Positions 7,990 through 16,756 of a stretch of DNA of 64,000 bases are shown here, piece after piece. The DNA comes from Thermoplasmata archaeon. Lineage in GTDB: Archaea > Thermoplasmatota > Thermoplasmata > UBA10834. Numbering within the stretch: position 1 is the first letter of the stretch; every line of letters starts with the position of its first letter. The stretch covers positions 12,040-76,039 of the forward strand of contig JAWCKF010000005.1 in assembly GCA_038852315.1 (NCBI GenBank), in the 5' to 3' direction. The notes beneath the pieces are model-generated. The model worked only from the letters and a program-made list of their open reading frames with translations. It had not been told where the DNA came from and ran no database searches. Both the position numbers and the translations under genes were made by a program.

Positions 7990-9327
7990 ATGCCTCCACA
8001 TTCGAAAGATTCTGACAGAGGTCGCGGAGGCGAGTCGGAAGATCCGCTCCCGGCCATGTACGAGAACCAGGTCGGTGTTAACTTCGGAAAGGGCCTGGCA
8101 GATCCGTTCGTCCCGATCCTCGCCATACGCCTCGGTGCCACGGCCGGCCAGTTGGGTTGGCTCCAGGCGTTCATCAACCTGTTCCCAGCGGTCATGCAGG
8201 TCCCCTGGGGCAAGCTGAGCGATTTCTTCGGAAGGCGCGTACCTTTCCTCGTGGTCGGGGGAGTCCTTTCGTTCGGGCTGTATTTCCTGATGGTCGGCTC
8301 CGTGAACGCGTGGCAGCTGATCTTCCTGGTTTCCGTCCAGATGGCAGTGGGCTCGATGATGATACCCACCTGGTCTGCACTGGTCGGGGACAACACAACA
8401 CCCAGAAACCGAGGCTCCGTGATGGCGAAGTTCTTCGCCGTCTCGACAGTCGCGAGCCTGGTGGGGACTATGATTGCTGGGGCAATAATGCCGGAGGAGA
8501 AGGACGGGAGTGTGCTCGCAGTCTTCGCGCTGCCGTTCTTCATGGCAGGCCTTAGCGGGATCATCGGTTCGCTCGCACTCACGCGCATCAAGGAACGCAA
8601 GAGGCAACTGCACGCATCGCCCAGGCGCATATTCGCCTTCGGGCTCAAGTCGTTTCTCTTCACATCGGATCTGACATCGAACGTCTACTTCAGGAACCTC
8701 GTCATCCTCAACACCACCTTCAACTTCATAATGTCGCTCATCTGGCCCATACTCTACCTGACATATGTCAAGGTGATAGGCGCATCTTTGCTGGAGATCG
8801 CAGTCATGACAGTCATCTCCGGCGGTGCGACCGTGTTCTTCCAGACCCGCGTTGGTAGGCTTATGGACTTGACCGGCCCCATGCCGCTCATACTGATATC
8901 GAGGTTCGCATATGTTTCCGTGCCAGTGGTGTATGCCCTCGCCACGCAGGCATGGCACATATACGTGCTGAATGCAGCCCTCGGCCTTGCGAACGCGATG
9001 TCTAATGTAGCGTTCTTCGCTTACATCCTGGACGTCGCTCCGGACGAGAAGAAGGCCGAGTACTTCGCCGTGTACAACACGATGATCGGGATAGCGACTT
9101 TCTTCGGATCCATACTGGGCGGTTATCTGACCAACTACTTCCTCGACAGATACGCAGGCGACTTCGTCCTGGGCCTCGGAACCGTATACGCCATATCGGC
9201 TGTGGGCCGCATCGCGTGTGCTCTTTGGTTCTTCAAGTTGAAGGACCCAGTGAGATATCCTGAGACGCTCACAGGCGTCATCAAGAAGAAGCTCTCGGAA
9301 TGGCGGGCCACGATGTCAGCCAAATGA
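7990..9327 (+). CDS. MFS transporter
   Basis: 445 aa with about 12 hydrophobic segments. A motif-A-like GKLSDFFGRR lies between TM2 and TM3. The alternative ATG at 8056 is possible. Confidence 0.75.
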   Translation: MPPHSKDSDRGRGGESEDPLPAMYENQVGVNFGKGLADPFVPILAIRLGATAGQLGWLQAFINLFPAVMQVPWGKLSDFFGRRVPFLVVGGVLSFGLYFLMVGSVNAWQLIFLVSVQMAVGSMMIPTWSALVGDNTTPRNRGSVMAKFFAVSTVASLVGTMIAGAIMPEEKDGSVLAVFALPFFMAGLSGIIGSLALTRIKERKRQLHASPRRIFAFGLKSFLFTSDLTSNVYFRNLVILNTTFNFIMSLIWPILYLTYVKVIGASLLEIAVMTVISGGATVFFQTRVGRLMDLTGPMPLILISRFAYVSVPVVYALATQAWHIYVLNAALGLANAMSNVAFFAYILDVAPDEKKAEYFAVYNTMIGIATFFGSILGGYLTNYFLDRYAGDFVLGLGTVYAISAVGRIACALWFFKLKDPVRYPETLTGVIKKKLSEWRATMSAK

Positions 9328-9341
9328 GGTCTCGTGTTCGG

Positions 9342-9363
9342 GTATCAGAAAAGTATCAGAAAA
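9342..9363. repeat. Perfect tandem direct repeat, 2 x 11 bp (GTATCAGAAAA)
   Basis: Read directly from the sequence. On the minus strand this and the flanking bases form T-tracts (..TTTTTGTCGTTTTTCTGATACTTTTCTGATAC..). These could act as an archaeal terminator for the minus-strand ORF ending at 9408. Confidence 0.8.
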
Positions 9364-9407
9364 ACGACAAAAACAGTATTGGCGTAGAATAGGTTTGGAT
9401 GCCTGGG

Positions 9408-9530
9408 TCATTCGACTCTCTTGCCGGCGACATAGGTCCTCAGTAGCCTCCTGTCCTCCCTCGGGACAGTCATGAGGGTCTTCTCCAGGCGCAATGCCCT
9501 GAAGGTCTTCCAGAGTCTGCTTGGTCGCAT
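9408..9530 (-). CDS. Hypothetical small basic protein (40 aa: MRPSRLWKTFRALRLEKTLMTVPREDRRLLRTYVAGKRVE)
   Basis: This is the inner part of ORF-track 9408..9599. The ATG at 9530 is preceded by GGAGGTG 6 nt upstream. T-rich tracts lie downstream. No family recognised. Confidence 0.25.
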   Translation of the reverse strand: MRPSRLWKTFRALRLEKTLMTVPREDRRLLRTYVAGKRVE

Positions 9531-9863
9531 CTTCCACACCTCCTGAAAAGTGAAATCTCGGCCTGTTTCGGGCCTCCGAGGAACAAGCCGAACTCTCACA
9601 TTGAGGACGCTCTTGCGCTTCCGCTATCGTGGAACGAAGAACTCATCCATCTGCGGATTTGCGCGAGCATACTCATCGCCATAGTCTTACACTGATGTGT
9701 TATAAGACCGTTTTCCCGATACGCTCTGAATGAATTATGAATTTTATATAAAAAACATCTATTTTGAGGAAAACGACATCCACATGTCGGAATTCGTAGA
9801 ACTCGGGTCGCTTCCGGCAAATGGTAGTATTCAAATCGTATAATATTAATGCCCTTATACATA

Positions 9864-9876
9864 CTCGGGTCCCGAG
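9864..9876. repeat. Perfect 13-bp palindrome CTCGGGTCCCGAG in an AT-rich intergenic island
   Basis: Read directly. The half-site ACTCGGGTC also occurs at about 9801-9809. It lies about 190 nt upstream of the wHTH regulator gene and is a candidate operator. Confidence 0.4.
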
Positions 9877-10063
9877 AGCGCCTCCTCTATCCCAAATATG
9901 CTAGCATGACGGCGATCAGAACCAGTATGCCGACAAGGACGACGAACAGGAAGATGAGCGCTCGTTTGTCTATCATGTGCTCGGGCGGCGTAATCGCAGC
10001 TGCGGCAGATTAAGACTTCTCTGGAAAACGTGCATATAGTTGATAGTGGGTTTTGCATCTAGT

Positions 10064-10948
10064 ATGGCGCTTTCCGATATCACATCTCTCACTAGCAAGG
10101 AGCGTATACTGCTCTATCTGTCAGATTTCCTCAACATGGAGGACAGGTATGAGCTGCCTCAGGAACTCACACAAGAAGTCATATCTTATGCAACAGGCGT
10201 TCAGCGCAAGCACCTGTCGCAGTATCTCGACGACCTACTCTCGGCCAACCTCGTGGTGGAGCGCAAGGCGCACATCCACGGGATGAGGCAGCGGATGAAC
10301 GGATACTATCTGACGCCCGCTGGGTACGCGAAGGCGAGGGAGCTGCGAGAGAGGGTTGAGCAGTCCATAGTGCCGATCAAGATCGATGGCCAAGTTAGGG
10401 AGATGAAGGTCGCAGAGATAGACGACTCTACATCCGCCCACATCTCTCTGTGCGACATAGTCAGGGAGGCGATTCGGGCGGGTTCACTAGATATGGCCAG
10501 CCTTGAAAGCCTCGAGAAGAAGAAGCGGGAGGCGGTTGAGGCCGAGGAGGAGGCATCCGAGGTCTACAAGCGCGCTCTCCAAACGGCCTGGCGCGACGGC
10601 AGAGTGACCGCTACGGAGCGATTCCTCGTTGAGGAGCTCAGGAAGCACCTCAAGATAAGCGAGGAGCAGCACAGGATTCTCGAGGAAGAGATTGTCAGGA
10701 AGCTTGCGCAGGATCACATGGAGTTCAGGCGAATATACCGGGCGGTGCTCGAGATAGCACTTGCGGACAGGGTGATTGAGGGCCCTGAGGAGGCGATCCT
10801 CGAGACCCTGCGGAAGATGATGAGGATATCACGCCGGGAGCATGCGGAGCTGTTCAAGGAGGTCGAGGAGCAGGTGTGTGGTCCACCGGGCTGCGATAAG
10901 GAATCACATGCCGACCCCTCGTCGTTCGCTCGCGGGCACGCTGGATGA
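10064..10948 (+). CDS. Winged-helix transcriptional regulator with two C-terminal helical repeats (TerB/DjlA-N-like)
   Basis: ORF track 10040..10948; ATG at 10064. The N-terminal wHTH-like region is ILLYLSDF...GVQRKHLSQYLDDLLSANLVVERK. The repeats are DGRVTATERFLVEELRKHLKISEEQH and IEGPEEAILETLRKMMRISRREH. Confidence 0.5.
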   Translation: MALSDITSLTSKERILLYLSDFLNMEDRYELPQELTQEVISYATGVQRKHLSQYLDDLLSANLVVERKAHIHGMRQRMNGYYLTPAGYAKARELRERVEQSIVPIKIDGQVREMKVAEIDDSTSAHISLCDIVREAIRAGSLDMASLESLEKKKREAVEAEEEASEVYKRALQTAWRDGRVTATERFLVEELRKHLKISEEQHRILEEEIVRKLAQDHMEFRRIYRAVLEIALADRVIEGPEEAILETLRKMMRISRREHAELFKEVEEQVCGPPGCDKESHADPSSFARGHAG

Positions 10949-10959
10949 GATATGGTTTT

Positions 10960-11898
10960 TCACGCTCTGATCGCTGCGTTCTTCCTCCCCGAGCATCCCT
11001 CTACGAACGCAACAGCCATCCTTGGCGTGTTGTGGTGGTAGCCCACTTGTCCGTCGTTCGTCACCATGATGATACCACCGTACCCAGAGACCCTCCTATG
11101 CAGCACACCGATGGCCGAGGCGCAGGCACTGCTCGGGTCGTGGGATTCTTCCAGCAGGTCCAATGCTGTCTTGGAGAGGAGGACTGACATTATCTTCTCC
11201 CCCCATCCAGTGGCTGACACCGCACCGACTTCGTCGTCCGCATATGCTCCGGATCCTATCAGCGGGGAGTCGCCCACTCTCCCGGGAAGCTTCCTAGGAA
11301 TGCCGCCGGTGGAAGTGGCAGCCGCAACGTGTCCGTCTCGGTCCAATGCGCATGCGCCGACCGTGTCGGCGCCTTGGCCTGCGAAGTGCTCTCTCGTCCT
11401 CAGTACACCTGTCCGGAGGAACTCACGATAGTCCTCGAGCTCCCTCCCGACCAGAAGCTCTTCCTCGCTGCATCTTCTGAACCCCTGCTCCAGGGCAAAG
11501 TCAGTGGCACCTTCGCCGACCAGCATTGCGAAGGATGTCCTCTCCATGATCTTCCTGGCGACTTGAACGGGGTGAAGGACATGCTGTATGGCTGCGACCG
11601 CGCCTGACTTGAGCGTCGAACCGTCCATGATCATCGCGTCCATCTCTACCTTGCCGCGCTGGTTCAGAACGGAGCCGCGTCCAGCATCGAAGACGGGCTC
11701 ATCCTCAAGCAGAGAAACAGCTTGCTCAACCGCATCCAGGGCGGTGCCACCGGCCATCAGAACTTCGTATCCGAGTTCAGCAGCTCTTCTACAACCGTCG
11801 ATGTGATCCTGAACCTGGTCATCGGGTATGTCCCACGCACCGCCGTGGACTATTACCGAAGGCTTCGTGCCGAGGGAGATGTGCTGCCGGTTCTTCAG
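10960..11898 (-). CDS. Isoaspartyl peptidase / L-asparaginase (Ntn hydrolase, plant-type asparaginase family); non-canonical start inferred
   Basis: ORF track gives 10960..11757. Ntn nucleophile context is DTVGACALD, with TSTGG and GRVGDSPLIG also present. The conserved N-terminal VIVHGGAWD lies upstream of the first canonical start. I extended the gene to the CTG at 11898-11896 (312 aa). Confidence 0.75.
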   Translation of the reverse strand: MKNRQHISLGTKPSVIVHGGAWDIPDDQVQDHIDGCRRAAELGYEVLMAGGTALDAVEQAVSLLEDEPVFDAGRGSVLNQRGKVEMDAMIMDGSTLKSGAVAAIQHVLHPVQVARKIMERTSFAMLVGEGATDFALEQGFRRCSEEELLVGRELEDYREFLRTGVLRTREHFAGQGADTVGACALDRDGHVAAATSTGGIPRKLPGRVGDSPLIGSGAYADDEVGAVSATGWGEKIMSVLLSKTALDLLEESHDPSSACASAIGVLHRRVSGYGGIIMVTNDGQVGYHHNTPRMAVAFVEGCSGRKNAAIRA

Positions 11899-11899
11899 C

Positions 11900-12160
11900 T
11901 CACTCCACCAACTTGAATACCTTGTCGTGCGGTCTTGCTCTTTCTTTCACCTTTATGCCGACGGACTGACCGACCGTGGCTGTCTGGATAGGCTTCCGGT
12001 CTATCTCCATCGATTCTATCTTCTGCTCGAAGTTCGTAGTCGCGCCCCTTACCCTTATCGTGTCCCCGATGGACAGCGAGCCGGAGGTGATGTCGACCGC
12101 TATGACGCTGGGCTTCGCGAAGAATATCGTCACCGTCCCAACCTGCACCTCTTCCGCCAT
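11900..12160 (-). CDS. Small beta-barrel protein resembling translation-factor domain 2 (EF-Tu D2-like)
   Basis: 86 aa. Pattern VGTVTIFFAKPSVIAVDITSGSLSIGDTIRVRG...IESMEIDRKPIQTATVGQSVGIKV. Stop TGA at 11902-11900, 1 nt before the proposed asparaginase start. Confidence 0.5.
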   Translation of the reverse strand: MAEEVQVGTVTIFFAKPSVIAVDITSGSLSIGDTIRVRGATTNFEQKIESMEIDRKPIQTATVGQSVGIKVKERARPHDKVFKLVE

Positions 12161-12341
12161 ATTGATTCCCCGCCAATCGAATCGCCTTTCCGCTATTTAT
12201 GGGCTGTCGGTGCATCTTCGATGAGAGCTGGAGCCTTGGCGGGATTGCTCCTGCCACGACGAGCAGATTGCACGACAACTTATATTAGGAGGGAGCGTTT
12301 CACTCATCTTGCCCCTATGGGCCAGATTCGGTGACTGTGAG

Positions 12342-13667
12342 ATGCTAGAAGCATCATCAAGGACTAGGAGGAAGCCCGTGGTCAAGAGGTACGCCACGCC
12401 GCCCAGGTTCGCGGGGGAGATGCTCAGCGTCCTCACTGACGTCATGTCCGTGGAGAGCCTCGATACCGTTCTGCAGAAGATAGCTGAGACGATTGCCGAG
12501 CTGTTCTCGATGCGTACGCTCGTGATAGGCGTGCTGGAGGAACACGAGCGTGTGTTCCGCGTTAGGGCCGCTTATGGGTACGACCCAGAGAGGGAGAGGA
12601 AGATCAAGAAGTTCACTTACACCTACGAGCGATTGCAGAAGGACATGGACGAGAAGTACAAGGTCGCCGAGGACGTGTACTTCATACGGCCGTCACCTGC
12701 AGAGTTCATCAAAGGAGAAGAACCGTTCTATCAGAACCTGGCCAACATAACCAAGCCCAGGACAGACCCCTCCGTGTGGCATGAGCTGGACTACTTCAGG
12801 TTCATCTTCCGTGATCGCACGGGCAGGCCGATTGGTTTTCTGGAGCTCAACGATTCGATGAACGATAGAATACCTGACATGGCTACGATTGAGGCTATGC
12901 AGATATTCTCGAAGCTGGCGGGCGTGGCGATAGAGAACGCCAGGCTGTTCCAGCAGCAGGTCGAAGCAGCAAAACGATCTATGTTCCTGAGCGACATAAT
13001 CGCGCACGACATAAACAACTACAACCAGGCCGTAACGAGCTACCTGCAGCTGGCCACAGCAAGCAAAGGCGTTCCGGCAAAGGTGGCCAACTACCTGGAG
13101 AGGGCGTCGGCCGCCGCGTGGAGTATCAGCGAGACGATACAGCGGGCCAACAAACTTGTCACAATCGAGCAGGAGGGTGCTAAGAACCTGGGGCCGGTCG
13201 AGCTGGGCCAGGTTCTCAAGGAGAGCGTCGAGGAGGTCAGGAGGACACATGAGGACAGGGACTTCGAGATAGACCTCAAGCTAGGCAACCACAGATACTT
13301 CATAATGGGAAACGAGCTGGCTAACGAGATTTTTGTGAACATCATAAGCAACGCCATCGACTACGACCCACACGAGAAGGCCAAAGTCGAGATCAGCATA
13401 GGCGAGTTCACTGTTGAGCCCAGGAAGTATTGGTGCGTGTCTGTGGCCGACAACGGCATCGGCATACCGGATTCAAAGAAGAACGTGGTTTTCGGCCGCT
13501 TCTCGGGGGGCGAGGACACGGGACCAGGAAGCGGCTTGGGCCTGTCGATAGTTCGTGCCGTGGTTGAGGCCTATCACGGCATGGTGTGGGTTGAGGACCG
13601 TGTGCCCGGCGACCCTTCGAAGGGCAGCGTGTTTCGTGTGGCACTACCCATGACATCAGGCAAGTGA
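12342..13667 (+). CDS. Cytoplasmic sensor histidine kinase (GAF-HisKA-HATPase)
   Basis: ORF track 12309..13667; ATG at 12342. H-box is AHDINNYNQ, N-box is NAIDY, G1 is DNGIGIP and G2 is GSGLGLSIV. No TM segments seen. Confidence 0.8.
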   Translation: MLEASSRTRRKPVVKRYATPPRFAGEMLSVLTDVMSVESLDTVLQKIAETIAELFSMRTLVIGVLEEHERVFRVRAAYGYDPERERKIKKFTYTYERLQKDMDEKYKVAEDVYFIRPSPAEFIKGEEPFYQNLANITKPRTDPSVWHELDYFRFIFRDRTGRPIGFLELNDSMNDRIPDMATIEAMQIFSKLAGVAIENARLFQQQVEAAKRSMFLSDIIAHDINNYNQAVTSYLQLATASKGVPAKVANYLERASAAAWSISETIQRANKLVTIEQEGAKNLGPVELGQVLKESVEEVRRTHEDRDFEIDLKLGNHRYFIMGNELANEIFVNIISNAIDYDPHEKAKVEISIGEFTVEPRKYWCVSVADNGIGIPDSKKNVVFGRFSGGEDTGPGSGLGLSIVRAVVEAYHGMVWVEDRVPGDPSKGSVFRVALPMTSGK

Positions 13668-13678
13668 TGTGGGTCGAC

Positions 13679-14437
13679 ATGAGGTTCAGCGGCAAGGTAG
13701 TCCTCATAACCGGTGGCACCGAAGGGATGGGATTCGCTACCGCAGAACTGTTCCTGAGAGAGGGCGCGAAGGTCGTCATAACTGGGCGGTCGGCCGAAAA
13801 AGGTGCTAGAGCGTTGAGAATGCTGAGGCGCTACGGCGAGGTAGCCTTCGTGAGGGGGGACGTATCTAGGGCACGGGATGCGAGGCGCATGGTGGAGGCC
13901 ACGGTGAAGCGTTTCGGGAGGCTCGATGTTCTTTTCAACAACGCAGGAGTCTATCTCGAGAAGAGGGCGGAGGACACGACTGAGGAGGAATGGGACAGGG
14001 TCATCGACATCAACCTGAAGGGCACCTTCCTGGTGTCGAAGTACGCAGTCCCCCATATGAAAAGGCAGGGTGGCGGCGTGATCATCAACAACTCCTCCGA
14101 CGCAGGCCTGATAGGGAACAAGTCGTGTCCTGCCTACTGCGCGTCTAAGGGCGGTATCACCATAATGACGAAAGCGATGGCGCTCGACTACGCCAAGGAC
14201 AACATACGCGTGAACTGTGTGAACCCTGCAATAATCGAGACGCCCATGCTGATGAGAGAGGTGAGGCGGGCCAAGGACCCACGGGCATACATGCGTGAGA
14301 GCCGCGAAACTCAGCCGATGGGCAGGATAGGAAGGCCGGAGGAAGTCGCCAAGGCCGTGCTTTTCCTGGCATCAGAAGAAGCATCTTTCGTCACAGGCGC
14401 CGCACTCTCGGTTGACGGCGGCACGACGGCGCAGTGA
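13679..14437 (+). CDS. Short-chain dehydrogenase/reductase (SDR)
   Basis: ORF track 13664..14437; ATG at 13679. Cofactor motif is TGGTEGMG, followed by NNAG. Catalytic motif is YCASKGG. Confidence 0.8.
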   Translation: MRFSGKVVLITGGTEGMGFATAELFLREGAKVVITGRSAEKGARALRMLRRYGEVAFVRGDVSRARDARRMVEATVKRFGRLDVLFNNAGVYLEKRAEDTTEEEWDRVIDINLKGTFLVSKYAVPHMKRQGGGVIINNSSDAGLIGNKSCPAYCASKGGITIMTKAMALDYAKDNIRVNCVNPAIIETPMLMREVRRAKDPRAYMRESRETQPMGRIGRPEEVAKAVLFLASEEASFVTGAALSVDGGTTAQ

Positions 14438-14577
14438 GTCCTCGGCCATAGTGAATCTCTGCTCCGGGGACTTCGTTATGCGGACGTTGGTCAATCTTCT
14501 CGCCGGGCATCGATGATTCAAAGTTCGCCGACATACCTATATCCGTTCAATCATTCATCAACGGAGGAGCGACCAAA

Positions 14578-15102
14578 ATGAGCAAAGAAGATGCCGTCAG
14601 CATACTGACGGATGCAGTGGAGATGGAGTTCCAGGGCAGGCAGTTCTACGAGGACGTCGCAACCAGAGCAAAGCATCCCCGCACCCGGGCCGTGTTCTCC
14701 AGCCTCGCGAACCATGAGCGGAGGCATGCTGAGGTGATAGCCGAGGAGCTTGCGAGAATCAAGGAGGGGAAGGAATGGAAGTCGTTGGACGAACTGCGCT
14801 CTTCCTTGGGCGGGCATCCCAGGCTCTCCGTGTTCGAGGAGCCGCGCTTCAGGAGGCTCGAGTTCGACCCAGCCGCGGGCGAGATCGAAGCTCTTAAGCT
14901 TGGAATAGAGGTCGAGAAAAAATCGATCGACTACTACAGGAATGCGGGTGCGCGGTCTCTAGAGCCCAAGGCGAGGGAGGTGTTCAACTGGCTGGTCGGT
15001 CAGGAAGCCGGCCATTTGATCATTCTGGAGGCCGAGTACGAGTATCGGTCGAACCCAGGGTATTACTACGACAACATGGAATTCAGTCTCGAGGTGATGT
15101 GA
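14578..15102 (+). CDS. Rubrerythrin-like ferritin-fold di-iron protein (no rubredoxin domain)
   Basis: 174 aa with two ExxH motifs (NHERRHAEV and QEAGHLI) in a four-helix pattern. GGAGGAG lies upstream of the ATG. Confidence 0.65.
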   Translation: MSKEDAVSILTDAVEMEFQGRQFYEDVATRAKHPRTRAVFSSLANHERRHAEVIAEELARIKEGKEWKSLDELRSSLGGHPRLSVFEEPRFRRLEFDPAAGEIEALKLGIEVEKKSIDYYRNAGARSLEPKAREVFNWLVGQEAGHLIILEAEYEYRSNPGYYYDNMEFSLEVM

Positions 15103-15108
15103 TGCACC

Positions 15109-16161
15109 TCAGAGCGAGCCCGACCTGATTGATTCGACAATGAGGAGCATGTCAGAGAAGACCGCATAGGCGGTCTGGTCGACAGTGGGTTCGGACTCGA
15201 CGATGGTCAGCTCTCCCATGAGGTCAGTACGAATCGTCAGCGCGCTCGATGTGCCATCGATGCTCCAGAACTGGCTCCCCGGTCCGACCTCCTCTGGCGC
15301 GACCCTGAGCGCGATGCCGGTATCGAGCCGTCGCGCCGTCGCGACGAGCTTGATCTTCCTCCCACTTCTCGACGCTCTGACTAGGTCGTCAGCGGTCAGG
15401 TCTCGGATGCCGCGCCTGTCCACCTGCCTCGGCGTCATGTCGGCATCCATGAGCACGTTCGCGAGCGCGGTGATCTTCGCGGCCGCGTCCCAGCCATCGA
15501 TGTCGAGCGATGGGTCAGCCTCCGCAAAACCGCGCTGCTGAGCGGTTTTGATGGCTTCGTCCATGCCCCTTCCCCTTGACATCTCCGTGAGGACGAAGTT
15601 CGATGTGCTGTTGAGTATGCCAGCAAGGCCGAGTATCTCGCAGCCGGGGAGGGTCTTCTCCACCAGGCTGAACACAGGTGCGCCGTCCATGACCGTGCCC
15701 TCAAACCTGAAGTGTACGCCCTTCGAGCGCGCGAGGTTCCTCAGGGAGCGGTACGAGAAGGCTATTGGCCCCTTGTTGGCCGTGACAACGTCCATGCCAT
15801 GCTCCATGGCGGTCCTGATGTGGTTGATTGCCGGCTGACCGGACTCTATGTTCAGCGTCGACAGCTCTATCATCAGGTCCGCATCGCAATCAGAGATGAT
15901 TTCCTCAGCTGACTTGTCCGTGGCCTCAGGACCGTACCCCGCAAGTCCCCCGTGTCGGCTCATCAACTCTAAACATCTCTGAAGATCGAGCGGAGTCTTG
16001 GAGACAAGCGACCCTCTGTGTCGTGTGGATATCGCAAGAATCTCTGCATCAAGCCCGCGGTTCTTGAGCAGCCAGTTCCTTTTCGATAGGAGCAGTCTAG
16101 CGAATGCCTGACCGACGTTTCCAAACCCAACGAGCGCAACCCTGAGGATCATTTCGGCCAT
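15109..16161 (-). CDS. hom: Homoserine dehydrogenase
   Basis: ORF track 15109..16197. The ATG at 16161 gives MAEMILRVALVGFGNVGQAF (Rossmann). The central NAD_binding_3/Homoserine_dh pattern is present. About 350 aa. Confidence 0.75.
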   Translation of the reverse strand: MAEMILRVALVGFGNVGQAFARLLLSKRNWLLKNRGLDAEILAISTRHRGSLVSKTPLDLQRCLELMSRHGGLAGYGPEATDKSAEEIISDCDADLMIELSTLNIESGQPAINHIRTAMEHGMDVVTANKGPIAFSYRSLRNLARSKGVHFRFEGTVMDGAPVFSLVEKTLPGCEILGLAGILNSTSNFVLTEMSRGRGMDEAIKTAQQRGFAEADPSLDIDGWDAAAKITALANVLMDADMTPRQVDRRGIRDLTADDLVRASRSGRKIKLVATARRLDTGIALRVAPEEVGPGSQFWSIDGTSSALTIRTDLMGELTIVESEPTVDQTAYAVFSDMLLIVESIRSGSL

Positions 16162-16234
16162 CTCTTGCAGAGCATCGACCCGCAAGAAGATGTACAATGC
16201 GGGATTCAGCCCTGTGGAGCGGAATGCATTTCAC

Positions 16235-16393
16235 TCAGAGCTTTGTGAACTCTTCCTTGCCCGCTCCGCATTCGGGGCAGGTCCAATCATCAGGGAGGTC
16301 CTCGAAAGAGGTGCCTGGGGGGATGTTCTGGGTCGGGTCTCCTACGGCCGGGTCATACACATATCCGCACACATTGCATTGGTACTTGTCCAT
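16235..16393 (-). CDS. rub: Rubredoxin
   Basis: Hand-translated, 52 aa; below the ORF-track cut-off. Sequence: [52 protein letters not shown]. It has the canonical CxxCG...CPxCG motif. GGAGAG lies 10 nt upstream. Confidence 0.9.
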   Translation of the reverse strand: MDKYQCNVCGYVYDPAVGDPTQNIPPGTSFEDLPDDWTCPECGAGKEEFTKL

Positions 16394-16756
16394 GCGTTAC
16401 ACTCTCTCCAGCGGTATCCAGTTGTGGGTACATTACCATGTCGGGCCTCACTCTCTTTTCCTTCGGACGCTCAGGACGCGCAAGAATCTGTCCTTTCTCC
16501 TCCAAACTGGCTGACTCCGAGGGTCTCTTCCGAAGAGAAGAGGCTTCAAAATCCTTCAGGCCGGCACGACGAGTTTCGAAATTCGGCTCACGATTGTCCT
16601 TCGAGTATTGAACCAATGAGGTGGAAAATCGCCTGTTTTTTGTTCGTAGAGGAATGCTTAAGTACATTCTCGATTGTCCAGGGCGCGGGGAACTCGGGAA
16701 TCCCAGCAAGCATTCCCGCGGGATGTGCCTGAGATAGTGTCGGGTCAGGTGTTCGG

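Noticed and set aside
9596-9862. ORF-track 88-aa ORF and neighbouring short ORFs in the AT-rich island, considered as remnants of a transposase or integrase.
   Set aside because: The translations show no recognisable transposase/integrase motifs. I saw no terminal inverted repeats or target-site duplications. Frames are broken after about 20 codons.
11890-11910. Programmed +1 frameshift fusing the 86-aa EF-Tu-D2-like ORF to the asparaginase gene.
   Set aside because: The asparaginase frame is +1 relative to the upstream ORF and the junction is close. I see no slippery or shifty motif. A domain-2 beta-barrel fused to an Ntn hydrolase has no precedent that I know. Re-initiation at the CTG or another near-cognate codon, or a sequencing error, is simpler.
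16190-16732. ORF-track ORFs 16190..16732 and 16197..16514 (+), and 16353..16709 (-).
   Set aside because: They overlap the canonical rubredoxin gene (16235..16393, minus) or the intergenic region upstream of sdhC. They have no recognisable motifs.
16690-16756. TPP-riboswitch-like GCCTGAGA element upstream of sdhC.
   Set aside because: Only the CUGAGA hexamer matches. The second conserved half (ACCUGAUCUGGAUAAUGCCAGCG-like) is absent, and sdh is not a thiamine-related operon.
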